Origin: an uncultured Candidatus Saccharibacteria bacterium
GTDB taxonomy: Bacteria; Patescibacteriota; Minisyncoccia; Phycocordibacterales; UBA9973
DNA length: 32,844 nucleotides
NCBI GenBank assembly: GCA_964613525.1
Contig: CAZTIN010000002.1
Coordinates: forward strand, 1 to 32,844
Reading direction: 5' to 3'
The notes beneath the pieces were generated by a model. That model was given only the letters and a program-made list of their open reading frames with translations, was not told where the DNA came from and ran no database searches. This document shows positions 16,455 through 23,428 of this stretch, piece after piece. The position numbers and the translations under genes are program-made. Within the stretch, counting starts at the first letter, position 1. Every line of letters starts with the position of its first letter.

Positions 16455-18761
16455 ATGAAATTTAGGAAAATTTTTCTAACTTTAATAATTGCTTCTTTTG
16501 TTTATATTTTACCTAATTTTGCCAGTGCAGAGATTGTTTTACCTTGTTCACGCGGAACAGCACAAATGTGTGGCTTTAATGATGTTTTTACTCTAATCAA
16601 TAATTTGATAAAGTTTTTCCTCAGTTATGTACTACTACCTCTATCTATAATATTAGTAAGTTATGCTGGATGGCTATTTATGACATCTGGGGGCAATGAA
16701 AGTAAGCGCACTCAAGCTAAAGCCATATTTAAAAACTTGCTCATAGGTATAGCAATATTCCTTTTGGCTTGGTCTATAGTTTATTTTGTATTCAAGGCTT
16801 TTGGGGTAAAAGGTAGTAATGGTCTGTCTGATAAAACTGTCGACTGGAAAGTCGACGGTTCTTCTTTACCACAAATTAATACGGGTACTCAGAGCTCTGG
16901 CCAAAATAACAATAGCAGTAATAATTCCAGTAATCAGGTATTAACCAGCTATGCTGCTACTATTACTTACAATGCAGTAGTTCCTAGCAGTACTCGCGCT
17001 ACTGTAACAATAACTCCAAAAGCACCTTATGAAATGGCAATTCGTATGAAATGTATAGATAGGCTTAGTGGAGATACTGCTACTGGCGAAGCCAAGATAG
17101 CTTCGGGTAGTAGCGTGACAACTATTGTAATTGACCTACAAGAAGAGACAGAATATTCTTGCGCTCTTGAGAATATCGAAGGTCAAATTAAAATGAATGA
17201 TATAACAGATTCAGAAATAATGACCCCTAGGGTTTCTCCAGTAACGGGCGATTTTACTTTTTCTGGTGGTAGTTTCGACTCAGACGAAAATACTATAAAT
17301 ATTCGCTACCGTAATGCTGACAAGCTTTACTCTAGTTCTGGATTTCTTTCTTGTTTTGATTCTACTAATTCAAGAAATTTATTTAACATGTCTGGTATTT
17401 TACTAAATAGGGAAAAGGGTAGTGACTTGCGTTATGCTACATATAATCTACCTTCTAATTTTTCTAGTACTCTGGAAGATAATATTAATGTTAGTTGTAG
17501 TTTCTATACTTATACCCTGGTTAATAAAATAATAACTGAAACAGAAAATAAGTTTACAGGTACTATAAAATCAACTAAAAAAATCCAAAGTATTAAAACC
17601 AGATTCCTAGTAACAGAGAAGCAAATAGGTCAGGACAGCGTAACTATTATATTTAATGGGTCTATAAACATAAATCCTAATTTGTCTTTGGCTTGTTATT
17701 CGAATAATTCGAACCATGTTTTTAGAACACGCGCTACTTTTGACCCAACTACAAATTCCAGGCTTTCACAGGCAATGAATCCGTCTTTTAATAAAGATTC
17801 TATTTATGCACCAATTACGATACCGGTAGCATGGTTCGGCTATGGTCTTAGGCCAGGGTCAGTTTACTCTTGTAATTTAGAAGGAGAAACTCTTGAAAAA
17901 GTCTCTGGTTACGAAGATCAAGTAGTTACTAAACATAATCATTCGTTTAGTCTTAGTACTCCTTTAATTCCAGCACCTATTAAATTAGAATCAAAACTCG
18001 ATTACTATGTTTCCATTGGAGTACCAAGAATTGTTTATGTAAACTATCCATATGTAAAACCAGTAAATGTGCTATCAGGCGGGCCTTATTTATCAGAATC
18101 GCAGTTCAGGCAGCCTATACCAGATTCTATTTTTGTACCAGTTACAAATGGGCTTGTTGTAGATAATTCTCGTATGAACATGGTATGTACTTCTATTGTT
18201 GGTCCAGCAGCTGGGACAACCTATAGTACGCTAGTCTCAGTGTCTGAGACTCAGTCTGCTGATACTTTTGGAATTGCTCAGGTGTATGGAGCTAATAATA
18301 ATCTTGGCTCTGGATTCAGTATACCGATAGTCAGGACTCCGCGAGGTGGATTTATGCATTCGTCCGTATATGCTTGTATGCTGGGGTTTACAGTAGGCTC
18401 TGTGCCTCAGATTAGGTCATTTATGGCATCAGTCCCTATTAGTATCGATCCAACTGAAATTGGCCCTATAAACCTATCAGTCGAAAATATAAATGCTGAT
18501 AAAAGTTACGCAAACTTTACTATAGTTGCATCACCTCGTATCGAAAATAGTGTAAAATATACTTGTAGACATCCGTCTGGTAACTATACAGGCGAAGCAT
18601 ACTGGCCGCCGCAAGCTCTGGGTATAAGAATGCCTGTAGCCATTCCTGTTATGAGTAGCTTGCCAGGATTAAAGCCAGCCACAAATTATAGCTGCACATT
18701 AGAAGGTTCCACCTATCAGAAACAAATCGTAGAATATCAGTTTAATATACAAACACCTTAA
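16455..18761 (+). CDS. TrbC/VirB2-like pilin module (aa 1-118) fused to a large extracellular domain of Cys-pair modules
   Basis: Signal peptide (..NFASA/EI), a two-TM hairpin with loop SGGNESKRTQAK, an N/S-rich linker, then five modules each closed by a Cys pair. See findings. Confidence 0.6.
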   Translation: MKFRKIFLTLIIASFVYILPNFASAEIVLPCSRGTAQMCGFNDVFTLINNLIKFFLSYVLLPLSIILVSYAGWLFMTSGGNESKRTQAKAIFKNLLIGIAIFLLAWSIVYFVFKAFGVKGSNGLSDKTVDWKVDGSSLPQINTGTQSSGQNNNSSNNSSNQVLTSYAATITYNAVVPSSTRATVTITPKAPYEMAIRMKCIDRLSGDTATGEAKIASGSSVTTIVIDLQEETEYSCALENIEGQIKMNDITDSEIMTPRVSPVTGDFTFSGGSFDSDENTINIRYRNADKLYSSSGFLSCFDSTNSRNLFNMSGILLNREKGSDLRYATYNLPSNFSSTLEDNINVSCSFYTYTLVNKIITETENKFTGTIKSTKKIQSIKTRFLVTEKQIGQDSVTIIFNGSININPNLSLACYSNNSNHVFRTRATFDPTTNSRLSQAMNPSFNKDSIYAPITIPVAWFGYGLRPGSVYSCNLEGETLEKVSGYEDQVVTKHNHSFSLSTPLIPAPIKLESKLDYYVSIGVPRIVYVNYPYVKPVNVLSGGPYLSESQFRQPIPDSIFVPVTNGLVVDNSRMNMVCTSIVGPAAGTTYSTLVSVSETQSADTFGIAQVYGANNNLGSGFSIPIVRTPRGGFMHSSVYACMLGFTVGSVPQIRSFMASVPISIDPTEIGPINLSVENINADKSYANFTIVASPRIENSVKYTCRHPSGNYTGEAYWPPQALGIRMPVAIPVMSSLPGLKPATNYSCTLEGSTYQKQIVEYQFNIQTP
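16941..18758 (+). repeat. five divergent protein-level modules (about 85-135 aa), each with one Cys pair and three ending in a (P)xxxYSCxLEG-like motif
   Basis: Cys pairs at aa 200/236, 300/348, 414/473, 578/641 and 704/747. The recurring motifs are ETEYSCALEN, PGSVYSCNLEG and PATNYSCTLEG. The DNA itself is not repeated. Confidence 0.55.
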
Positions 18762-18762
18762 T

Positions 18763-19323
18763 ATGAAAAGATTTTACATGTACATATTGTTTGCATTGAT
18801 CTTACCTACATTAGGTTATGCTCAGTTTACTGGGTTTAATGATGAGACTGGACTAAGCGTGCCAATGTATTCAGTGGATAATACATTCATAGGTAATAAC
18901 GGTGATGTTATTTCAAACGATGCAAGCAAATATACTAATGATGCAAATATTACAACCAGTGCAGAAGTTAACATAAACGTTGCAGGAAGTAACAGAATTT
19001 GCAGTATAGGACGTAAGACATTCGCTTCATATGTTGACTATGTAGGCTGTATTGTGCGAGTTTCTATACTACCATTTATATTTACTCTTGCTCTCCTGGC
19101 ATTTATTTGGGGAGTAACAGTAATGATTAGGCATCCGGATAACCAGGAGTCTCAAAAAGAAGGAAGGATCTTTATACTGTGGGGGATTATTGGATTCTTC
19201 GTTATAACATCAGTTTATGCGCTAGTGGCAATAATTAGGAGAACAGTTGGTTTCGGGTCTAATTTTAAAGATGATGCCACACCTTATGTACAATTAAAAG
19301 AAAAAGTGCAAAAATTAAAATAG
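18763..19323 (+). CDS. TrbC/VirB2-like pilin-family protein with an N-terminal Asn-rich extension
   Basis: Signal peptide (..LGYA/QF), a Cys pair CSIGRKTFASYVDYVGC, and a two-TM hairpin with loop HPDNQESQKEGR, ending in IIRRTVGFG. Confidence 0.55.
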   Translation: MKRFYMYILFALILPTLGYAQFTGFNDETGLSVPMYSVDNTFIGNNGDVISNDASKYTNDANITTSAEVNINVAGSNRICSIGRKTFASYVDYVGCIVRVSILPFIFTLALLAFIWGVTVMIRHPDNQESQKEGRIFILWGIIGFFVITSVYALVAIIRRTVGFGSNFKDDATPYVQLKEKVQKLK

Positions 19324-19324
19324 T

Positions 19325-19711
19325 ATGAAGAAAATAATTTTAAGTATGATCCTGGCATTCTCAGTTATACTGCCTACCTCTGTAGCTTTGGCTGACGACA
19401 ATGCTTTTGAATTAAATGTAGGCATAGAGAATCCTCTTGGTAGCGGTAAAGACAATATAAAGGACATAATAGCTTCTATAATGAAAGTCATAGTAGACAT
19501 TGCTATACCAATAGTTGTGGTAATGGTAATATATTCAGGATTCCTGCTTGTTATGGCTCAGGGTAACCCTGATAAATTAAAAGAAGCCAAAAAGACTATT
19601 ACCTGGACTCTGGTTGGGGCAACCATACTACTAGGCGCCCAGCTTATATCAACAGTACTTGTTGAAACAGTCTCGAATGTTTCAAAAGACGCAGTCTCGT
19701 CTACTAAATAA
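19325..19711 (+). CDS. TrbC/VirB2-like pilin-family protein
   Basis: Signal peptide (..SVALA/DD), an amphipathic helix, TM helix, loop AQGNPDKLKEAKK, then a second TM helix. Confidence 0.6.
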   Translation: MKKIILSMILAFSVILPTSVALADDNAFELNVGIENPLGSGKDNIKDIIASIMKVIVDIAIPIVVVMVIYSGFLLVMAQGNPDKLKEAKKTITWTLVGATILLGAQLISTVLVETVSNVSKDAVSSTK

Positions 19712-19724
19712 GTTATTCACAACA

Positions 19725-19753
19725 GGGCCCAATTACATGCAGTAATTGGGCCC
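19725..19753 (+). other. GC-rich 12-bp hairpin without a U-tract inside the pilin cluster
   Basis: GGGCCCAATTAC (19725-19736) pairs perfectly with GTAATTGGGCCC (19742-19753) around a 5-nt loop. It is followed by AATGTG rather than a T-run. Confidence 0.6.
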
Positions 19754-19757
19754 AATG

Positions 19758-19766
19758 TGTTATAAT
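19758..19766 (+). promoter_or_regulatory. extended -10 promoter TGtTATAAT
   Basis: TGT plus TATAAT (19761-19766). The gap to ATG 19802 is 35 nt. Confidence 0.55.
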
Positions 19767-19801
19767 ATATACATATTAGTATAAATTAATTGTTAATTAT
19801 T

Positions 19802-20200
19802 ATGCGTAAATTTATTGCTCCGGCTCTTGGTTTCTTTTTACCTGTTTTGGCAATGGCACAAAATATAAACGTTGGACCAGCTTATACTGGTAACCAAAAT
19901 GTGTTCACACTGCTTGCTACAGGTCAGAGTCTAATGAACCTATTAATCCGTGTTCTTGTGGGTTTTGCGGTTCTTATGATTATCGTAGGTGTTGTTCAGT
20001 TTATAATAGCTGGTTCAAAAGGTGATTCTGCTGCTTCAGGTAAAGCTAAAAGTACAATACTATACGGTGTATTAGGTCTTTTCGTTATTACAACTATCTG
20101 GGGACTTGTAGGTATCGTGCGTCGTACACTTGGTACTGGTACACCTGGTTCATCTGATGTTGTACTTCCTTGTGTTCCTGGTCAAGACCAGAACTGTTAG
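19802..20200 (+). CDS. TrbC/VirB2-like pilin-family protein (start at ATG 19802, MRKF...)
   Basis: Signal peptide (..VLAMA/QN), a two-TM hairpin with loop AGSKGDSAASGKAK, the motif IVRRTLGTG, and a C-terminal Cys pair CVPGQDQNC. Confidence 0.6.
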   Translation: MRKFIAPALGFFLPVLAMAQNINVGPAYTGNQNVFTLLATGQSLMNLLIRVLVGFAVLMIIVGVVQFIIAGSKGDSAASGKAKSTILYGVLGLFVITTIWGLVGIVRRTLGTGTPGSSDVVLPCVPGQDQNC

Positions 20201-20213
20201 TATCTAATGTCTT

Positions 20214-20462
20214 ATGACTACTAATAGTATTATTGGTTCATTAATTCAACATATCGTTCAGCCTGGGATAAAGCTAATGTTTATCGTTGCTATCCTAGTA
20301 TTTGTCTGGGGTGTAGTAGAAATGATAATGAATGCCGGTAATCAAACCGCCAGAGAAAAGGGAACAAGACATATGATGTGGGGGCTAATAGGACTATTTG
20401 TAATGTTTGCGGTATACGGAATATTAAACTTTCTAGTGGACACGCTGCGAGGTGTAGCATAA
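20214..20462 (+). CDS. TrbC/VirB2-like pilin-family protein lacking a signal peptide
   Basis: 82 aa. Amphipathic N-terminus, TM helix, loop NAGNQTAREKGTR, then a second TM helix. Confidence 0.5.
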   Translation: MTTNSIIGSLIQHIVQPGIKLMFIVAILVFVWGVVEMIMNAGNQTAREKGTRHMMWGLIGLFVMFAVYGILNFLVDTLRGVA

Positions 20463-20463
20463 G

Positions 20464-20503
20464 ACAAACATAAAAGCCGCTTATAAGCGGCTTTTATGTT
20501 TGT
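20464..20503. terminator. bidirectional terminator, 17-bp perfect stem
   Basis: ACAAACATAAAAGCCGC (20464-20480) pairs with GCGGCTTTTATGTTTGT (20487-20503) around the loop TTATAA. It lies between the last pilin gene (+) and tRNA-Lys (-). Confidence 0.8.
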
Positions 20504-20507
20504 TATG

Positions 20508-20580
20508 TGCCCCGTGAGGGGATCGAACCCCCGACCATCTCCTTAAGAGGGAGCTGCTCTACCAGCTGAGCTAACAGGGC
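20508..20580 (-). tRNA. tRNA-Lys (anticodon CTT)
   Basis: Hand-folded 73-nt cloverleaf: acceptor GCCCTGT/ACGGGGC, anticodon loop CTCTTAA, T-loop TTCGATC. No encoded CCA. Confidence 0.85.
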
Positions 20581-20757
20581 GGAATTAGCACTTTATTATG
20601 ACTCTGTACTTCTGCATTGATCTGTATATCTATCAAAACAGCTAACAGGGTATGTAAAATCTTTGTTTAAAAAATTACTAAATCAGTTTACACCATAAAT
20701 CTGCAAAAATCAACAAACTATTGAATTTTATTTGAAAATAGTATAAAGTATATCCAT

Positions 20758-20839
20758 GCCGAGGTGGCGAAATTGGTAGACGCACTTGCCTTAGGAGCAA
20801 GCGGGGTGACCCATGGAGGTTCAAGTCCTCTCCTCGGCA
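20758..20839 (+). tRNA. tRNA-Leu (anticodon TAG)
   Basis: 82 nt. Acceptor GCCGAGG/CCTCGGC, anticodon stem-loop CTTGC CTTAGGA GCAAG, long variable arm, T-loop TTCAAGT. Confidence 0.85.
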
Positions 20840-20852
20840 CTAGTACTTTTGC

Positions 20853-20938
20853 GCCCGAGTGATGGAATGGTAGACATAGGGGACTTAAAATCCCCAGATC
20901 GTAAGGTCGTGTGGGTTCGAGTCCCACCTCGGGCACCA
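20853..20938 (+). tRNA. tRNA-Leu (anticodon TAA), the only tRNA here with an encoded CCA
   Basis: Acceptor GCCCGAG/CTCGGGC, anticodon stem-loop GGGGA CTTAAAA TCCCC, long variable arm, T-loop TTCGAGT, then ACCA. Confidence 0.85.
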
Positions 20939-20951
20939 GTCTCGAGAAAGC

Positions 20952-21023
20952 GACCCAGTCGCCAAGTGGTAAGGCCAGGGTCTGCAAAACCCTTATACGG
21001 CGGTTCGATTCCGCCCTGGGTCT
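20952..21023 (+). tRNA. tRNA-Cys (anticodon GCA)
   Basis: 72 nt. Acceptor GACCCAG/CTGGGTC, discriminator T, anticodon stem-loop AGGGT CTGCAAA ACCCT, T-loop TTCGATT. Confidence 0.85.
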
Positions 21024-21034
21024 CAATATGTAAA

Positions 21035-21066
21035 GAAAAAGCCAGGATTTATTCCTGGTTTTTTTC
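21035..21066. terminator. bidirectional terminator shared by the tRNA array (+) and rbfA (-)
   Basis: CCAGGA (21042-21047) pairs with TCCTGG (21054-21059). An A-run lies on the left and a T7 run on the right. The rbfA stop codon lies in the loop. Confidence 0.7.
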
Positions 21067-21387
21067 TTGCATTTCTATTTCTGTAATTCTTCTTGCTAAC
21101 TTTTCACCTTTGTCTATTGCTACATCTACAAAAGGTATGCGAGCGATAGGTAGGTTCTTCATTATTTCTTTACGAATTTCGTTGCGCTTTCTTTTTAGGA
21201 AGTCTAGCGCTACTTCTTCTTCCTTTTCTGGAATTACGGTAAAGAATATAGTTGCTTTGTCTCCGCGTTCGTTAGTATCAACAGTGGTAACTGTTATTAT
21301 AGATTTACCATTGGATTCACGGCTAATGTATTTTGACACAATTTCCTTAACGCGTGATTTTATTTGGGTGTTTCTGAATTCTGACAT
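21049..21387 (-). CDS. rbfA: ribosome-binding factor A
   Basis: 112 aa with an RbfA-like pattern (R..R....I.......I....), placed 2 nt downstream of infB in the conserved infB-rbfA order. Confidence 0.85.
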   Translation of the reverse strand: MSEFRNTQIKSRVKEIVSKYISRESNGKSIITVTTVDTNERGDKATIFFTVIPEKEEEVALDFLKRKRNEIRKEIMKNLPIARIPFVDVAIDKGEKLARRITEIEMQEKNQE

Positions 21388-21389
21388 AT

Positions 21390-22886
21390 TTACTGTATTT
21401 CTTTAACTATAGCTTCTAGTGTATCACCAGTCGCTAGTGTAATCTTGGTTTCTATTTGGGCGCCACATTCGTCACCCTCGAATACTTCTTTAGTTTTACT
21501 TTTGTTATGCTGGAGTTCAGTAACCTTACCAATAGCAATTTCATTATCACGTCTTAGTACGCGCACCGTAGAGCCTAATTTAATAGAACCCGATTGTACT
21601 TTACCACCAATGACTTGTTTTTCTTTTGTTTGATTGAATAGCTTTAGGATTTTTAGTGAGCCTACTTCTACTTGAACTTCTTTACGAGGACGTCTTTTTT
21701 CTAGTTCTTCTTCTAGCCATTCGGTTAGTTTGTAAATAATATCAAAAGTCATTACAGTTACTGACATTTGGTCGCGAACATCTTCTGCTTTGCGGTCAAT
21801 GTTGACATGGAACCCAACTATAATAGTATCTTTGTCAGCTGTGGCCATTTTAATATCGTTTTCGGATACATTACCTACGGCTGATTTCACAACATGAAAA
21901 CCATTCTCTTCGTTATTTAGCTTAGCAACTTCTTTTTCTATAGCTTCTATTGAACCTACAGTATCAGCTTTTATCATCAGTGGAATAGAGAATTCGCTTG
22001 TTTTTTCAGATATTCTGTTTTTAATTTCTTTTGATTGTTTATTAGCAGCAACTGCTTTTTCAGCTTCTTTCTTTGTATCAAATACTTCAAAATATGAACC
22101 CACCGGAGGAACAGTGTCAAAACCAACTACATTGATAGGGGACGAACAGTAGCTTTCTGTAATAGTCTTACCCATGAAATTTTCCATTATACGGGTTGAT
22201 ACCATAGACTCGCCAGCTACAATAAAAGAGCCTTTTTTAAGCGTACCTTCTTTTAGTATTAGTGTTGCTGTAATGCCACGCTTGGTATCAAGATGTGATT
22301 CAAGCACGATACCTTCAGCTCTTTTAGATAGGTCAGCGCGCATATCATTGAACTCAGCCACGAACAATATTAGGTCTAGTAGATTGTTTATTCCTTCTCC
22401 TGTTACAGCTGAAATCGCCACATGTGGAATATCTCCACCCATGCCTTCCAGGTATATACCGTGCTCTAATAGGGTATTCTTTGTCCTATCGACATTTGCT
22501 CCGGGTTTGTCTATTTTGTTTATAGCTACTATGTAGGGTATACCTGATTCTTTTATAGCTTCTAATGCTTCTAGTGTTTGAGCTTTTACTCCATCTTCTG
22601 CAGACACTACTAATATTGCTATATCGGCAGCACTAGCCCCGCGTACACGCATAGACGTAAAAGCCGCATGTCCTGGAGTATCCAGGAATGTTATTTTCTT
22701 TAGGTCTCCATTTTCTGTTTCGTGGAGTACTTCGTATGCTGCAATGTGTTGAGTAATACCACCAGATTCTCCAGCAACTACGTTTGATTTTCTTATGTAG
22801 TCTAAAAGTGTTGATTTACCATGGTCCACATGTCCCATAACAGAAACAACCGGTGGACGTGCAATTATTTTCGTCTTTTCTCCCAT
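21390..22886 (-). CDS. infB: translation initiation factor IF-2, short form lacking the long N-terminal region
   Basis: The G domain starts at aa 10 (RPPVVSVMGHVDHGKSTLLD, DTPGH, NKID). The IF-2 domains II, C1 and C2 follow. Confidence 0.95.
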   Translation of the reverse strand: MGEKTKIIARPPVVSVMGHVDHGKSTLLDYIRKSNVVAGESGGITQHIAAYEVLHETENGDLKKITFLDTPGHAAFTSMRVRGASAADIAILVVSAEDGVKAQTLEALEAIKESGIPYIVAINKIDKPGANVDRTKNTLLEHGIYLEGMGGDIPHVAISAVTGEGINNLLDLILFVAEFNDMRADLSKRAEGIVLESHLDTKRGITATLILKEGTLKKGSFIVAGESMVSTRIMENFMGKTITESYCSSPINVVGFDTVPPVGSYFEVFDTKKEAEKAVAANKQSKEIKNRISEKTSEFSIPLMIKADTVGSIEAIEKEVAKLNNEENGFHVVKSAVGNVSENDIKMATADKDTIIVGFHVNIDRKAEDVRDQMSVTVMTFDIIYKLTEWLEEELEKRRPRKEVQVEVGSLKILKLFNQTKEKQVIGGKVQSGSIKLGSTVRVLRRDNEIAIGKVTELQHNKSKTKEVFEGDECGAQIETKITLATGDTLEAIVKEIQ

Positions 22887-22905
22887 ATATTATATTTGTT
22901 TTAAA

Positions 22906-23364
22906 TTAAGCTTCACGTTTTGCCGACTCCAAAACACTTTTTTCTTCGTTTGTTAATTCGTATTCAGATTTATTTCCTGTAACAGGTTTTGCAAACACAC
23001 TCATTCTTTCGCGTGTGTATAGGCTAGACAGTACTACGCCATCACCATCGTCATTAACAATAGCAATAGCAAAGCTCTGGGTACTACCAGCATCTTCAAA
23101 AGGTTTAAAGCGCAATGTAGAAACGTTTCTAATACGCTTGCGCATTTTACCGAATAGGTCTTTTATGTCTTCACTGTTTTTAGATATAAAAACTTCGTTA
23201 TTGTAAACTCGGTTTTGTAGATCAACAATGACATCTTCTAATGACTTGCCAGCTTTGCCACGCATCATGTTTTTAATCCTACGTTCAAGTATAAACGCAT
23301 GTATTAAAAGCATTATTATTACAAATGACAGTGCGCAAATAGCAATAAAAGTCCCTGAAAACAT
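22906..23364 (-). CDS. DUF4446 family membrane-anchored protein
   Basis: N-terminal TM helix, then RFKPFEDAGSTQSFAIAIVNDDGDGVVLSSLYTRERMSVFAKPV...YELTNEE, matching my recollection of the DUF4446 core. Confidence 0.65.
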   Translation of the reverse strand: MFSGTFIAICALSFVIIMLLIHAFILERRIKNMMRGKAGKSLEDVIVDLQNRVYNNEVFISKNSEDIKDLFGKMRKRIRNVSTLRFKPFEDAGSTQSFAIAIVNDDGDGVVLSSLYTRERMSVFAKPVTGNKSEYELTNEEKSVLESAKREA

Positions 23365-23371
23365 AAGTATA

Positions 23372-23399
23372 ATTATACATAAAATTCCATATTTTGCAA
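23372..23399 (-). promoter_or_regulatory. promoter TTGCAA-N16-TATAAT, 7 nt before ATG 23364 (leaderless)
   Basis: The minus strand reads TTGCAA AATATGGAATTTTATG TATAAT TATACTT ATG. Confidence 0.55.
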
Positions 23400-23422
23400 G
23401 GATATCTTGCTTGTGTTAGCAT
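23394..23422 (+). promoter_or_regulatory. promoter TTGCAA-N17-(TGt)TAGCAT, 6 nt before ATG 23429 (leaderless)
   Basis: The plus strand reads TTGCAA GGATATCTTGCTTGTGT TAGCAT TAAAAA ATG. It uses the same palindromic TTGCAA hexamer as the divergent promoter. Confidence 0.6.
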
Positions 23423-23428
23423 TAAAAA

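Noticed and set aside
20569-20650. 11-nt direct repeat AGCTAACAGGG of the tRNA-Lys 5' end (20569-20579 and 20640-20650), considered as an integration scar or att site
   Set aside because: The repeat is only 11 nt, involves the 5' rather than the 3' end of the tRNA, and encloses just 60 nt with no integrase or cargo. Chance occurrence at this distance is not negligible.
20718-21406. Track ORFs 20718-21026 (-) and 20813-21406 (+), 102 and 197 aa
   Set aside because: They run through three tRNA genes and antisense to rbfA. Their translations are low-complexity tRNA read-through (Arg/Pro/Ser-rich). They are spurious.
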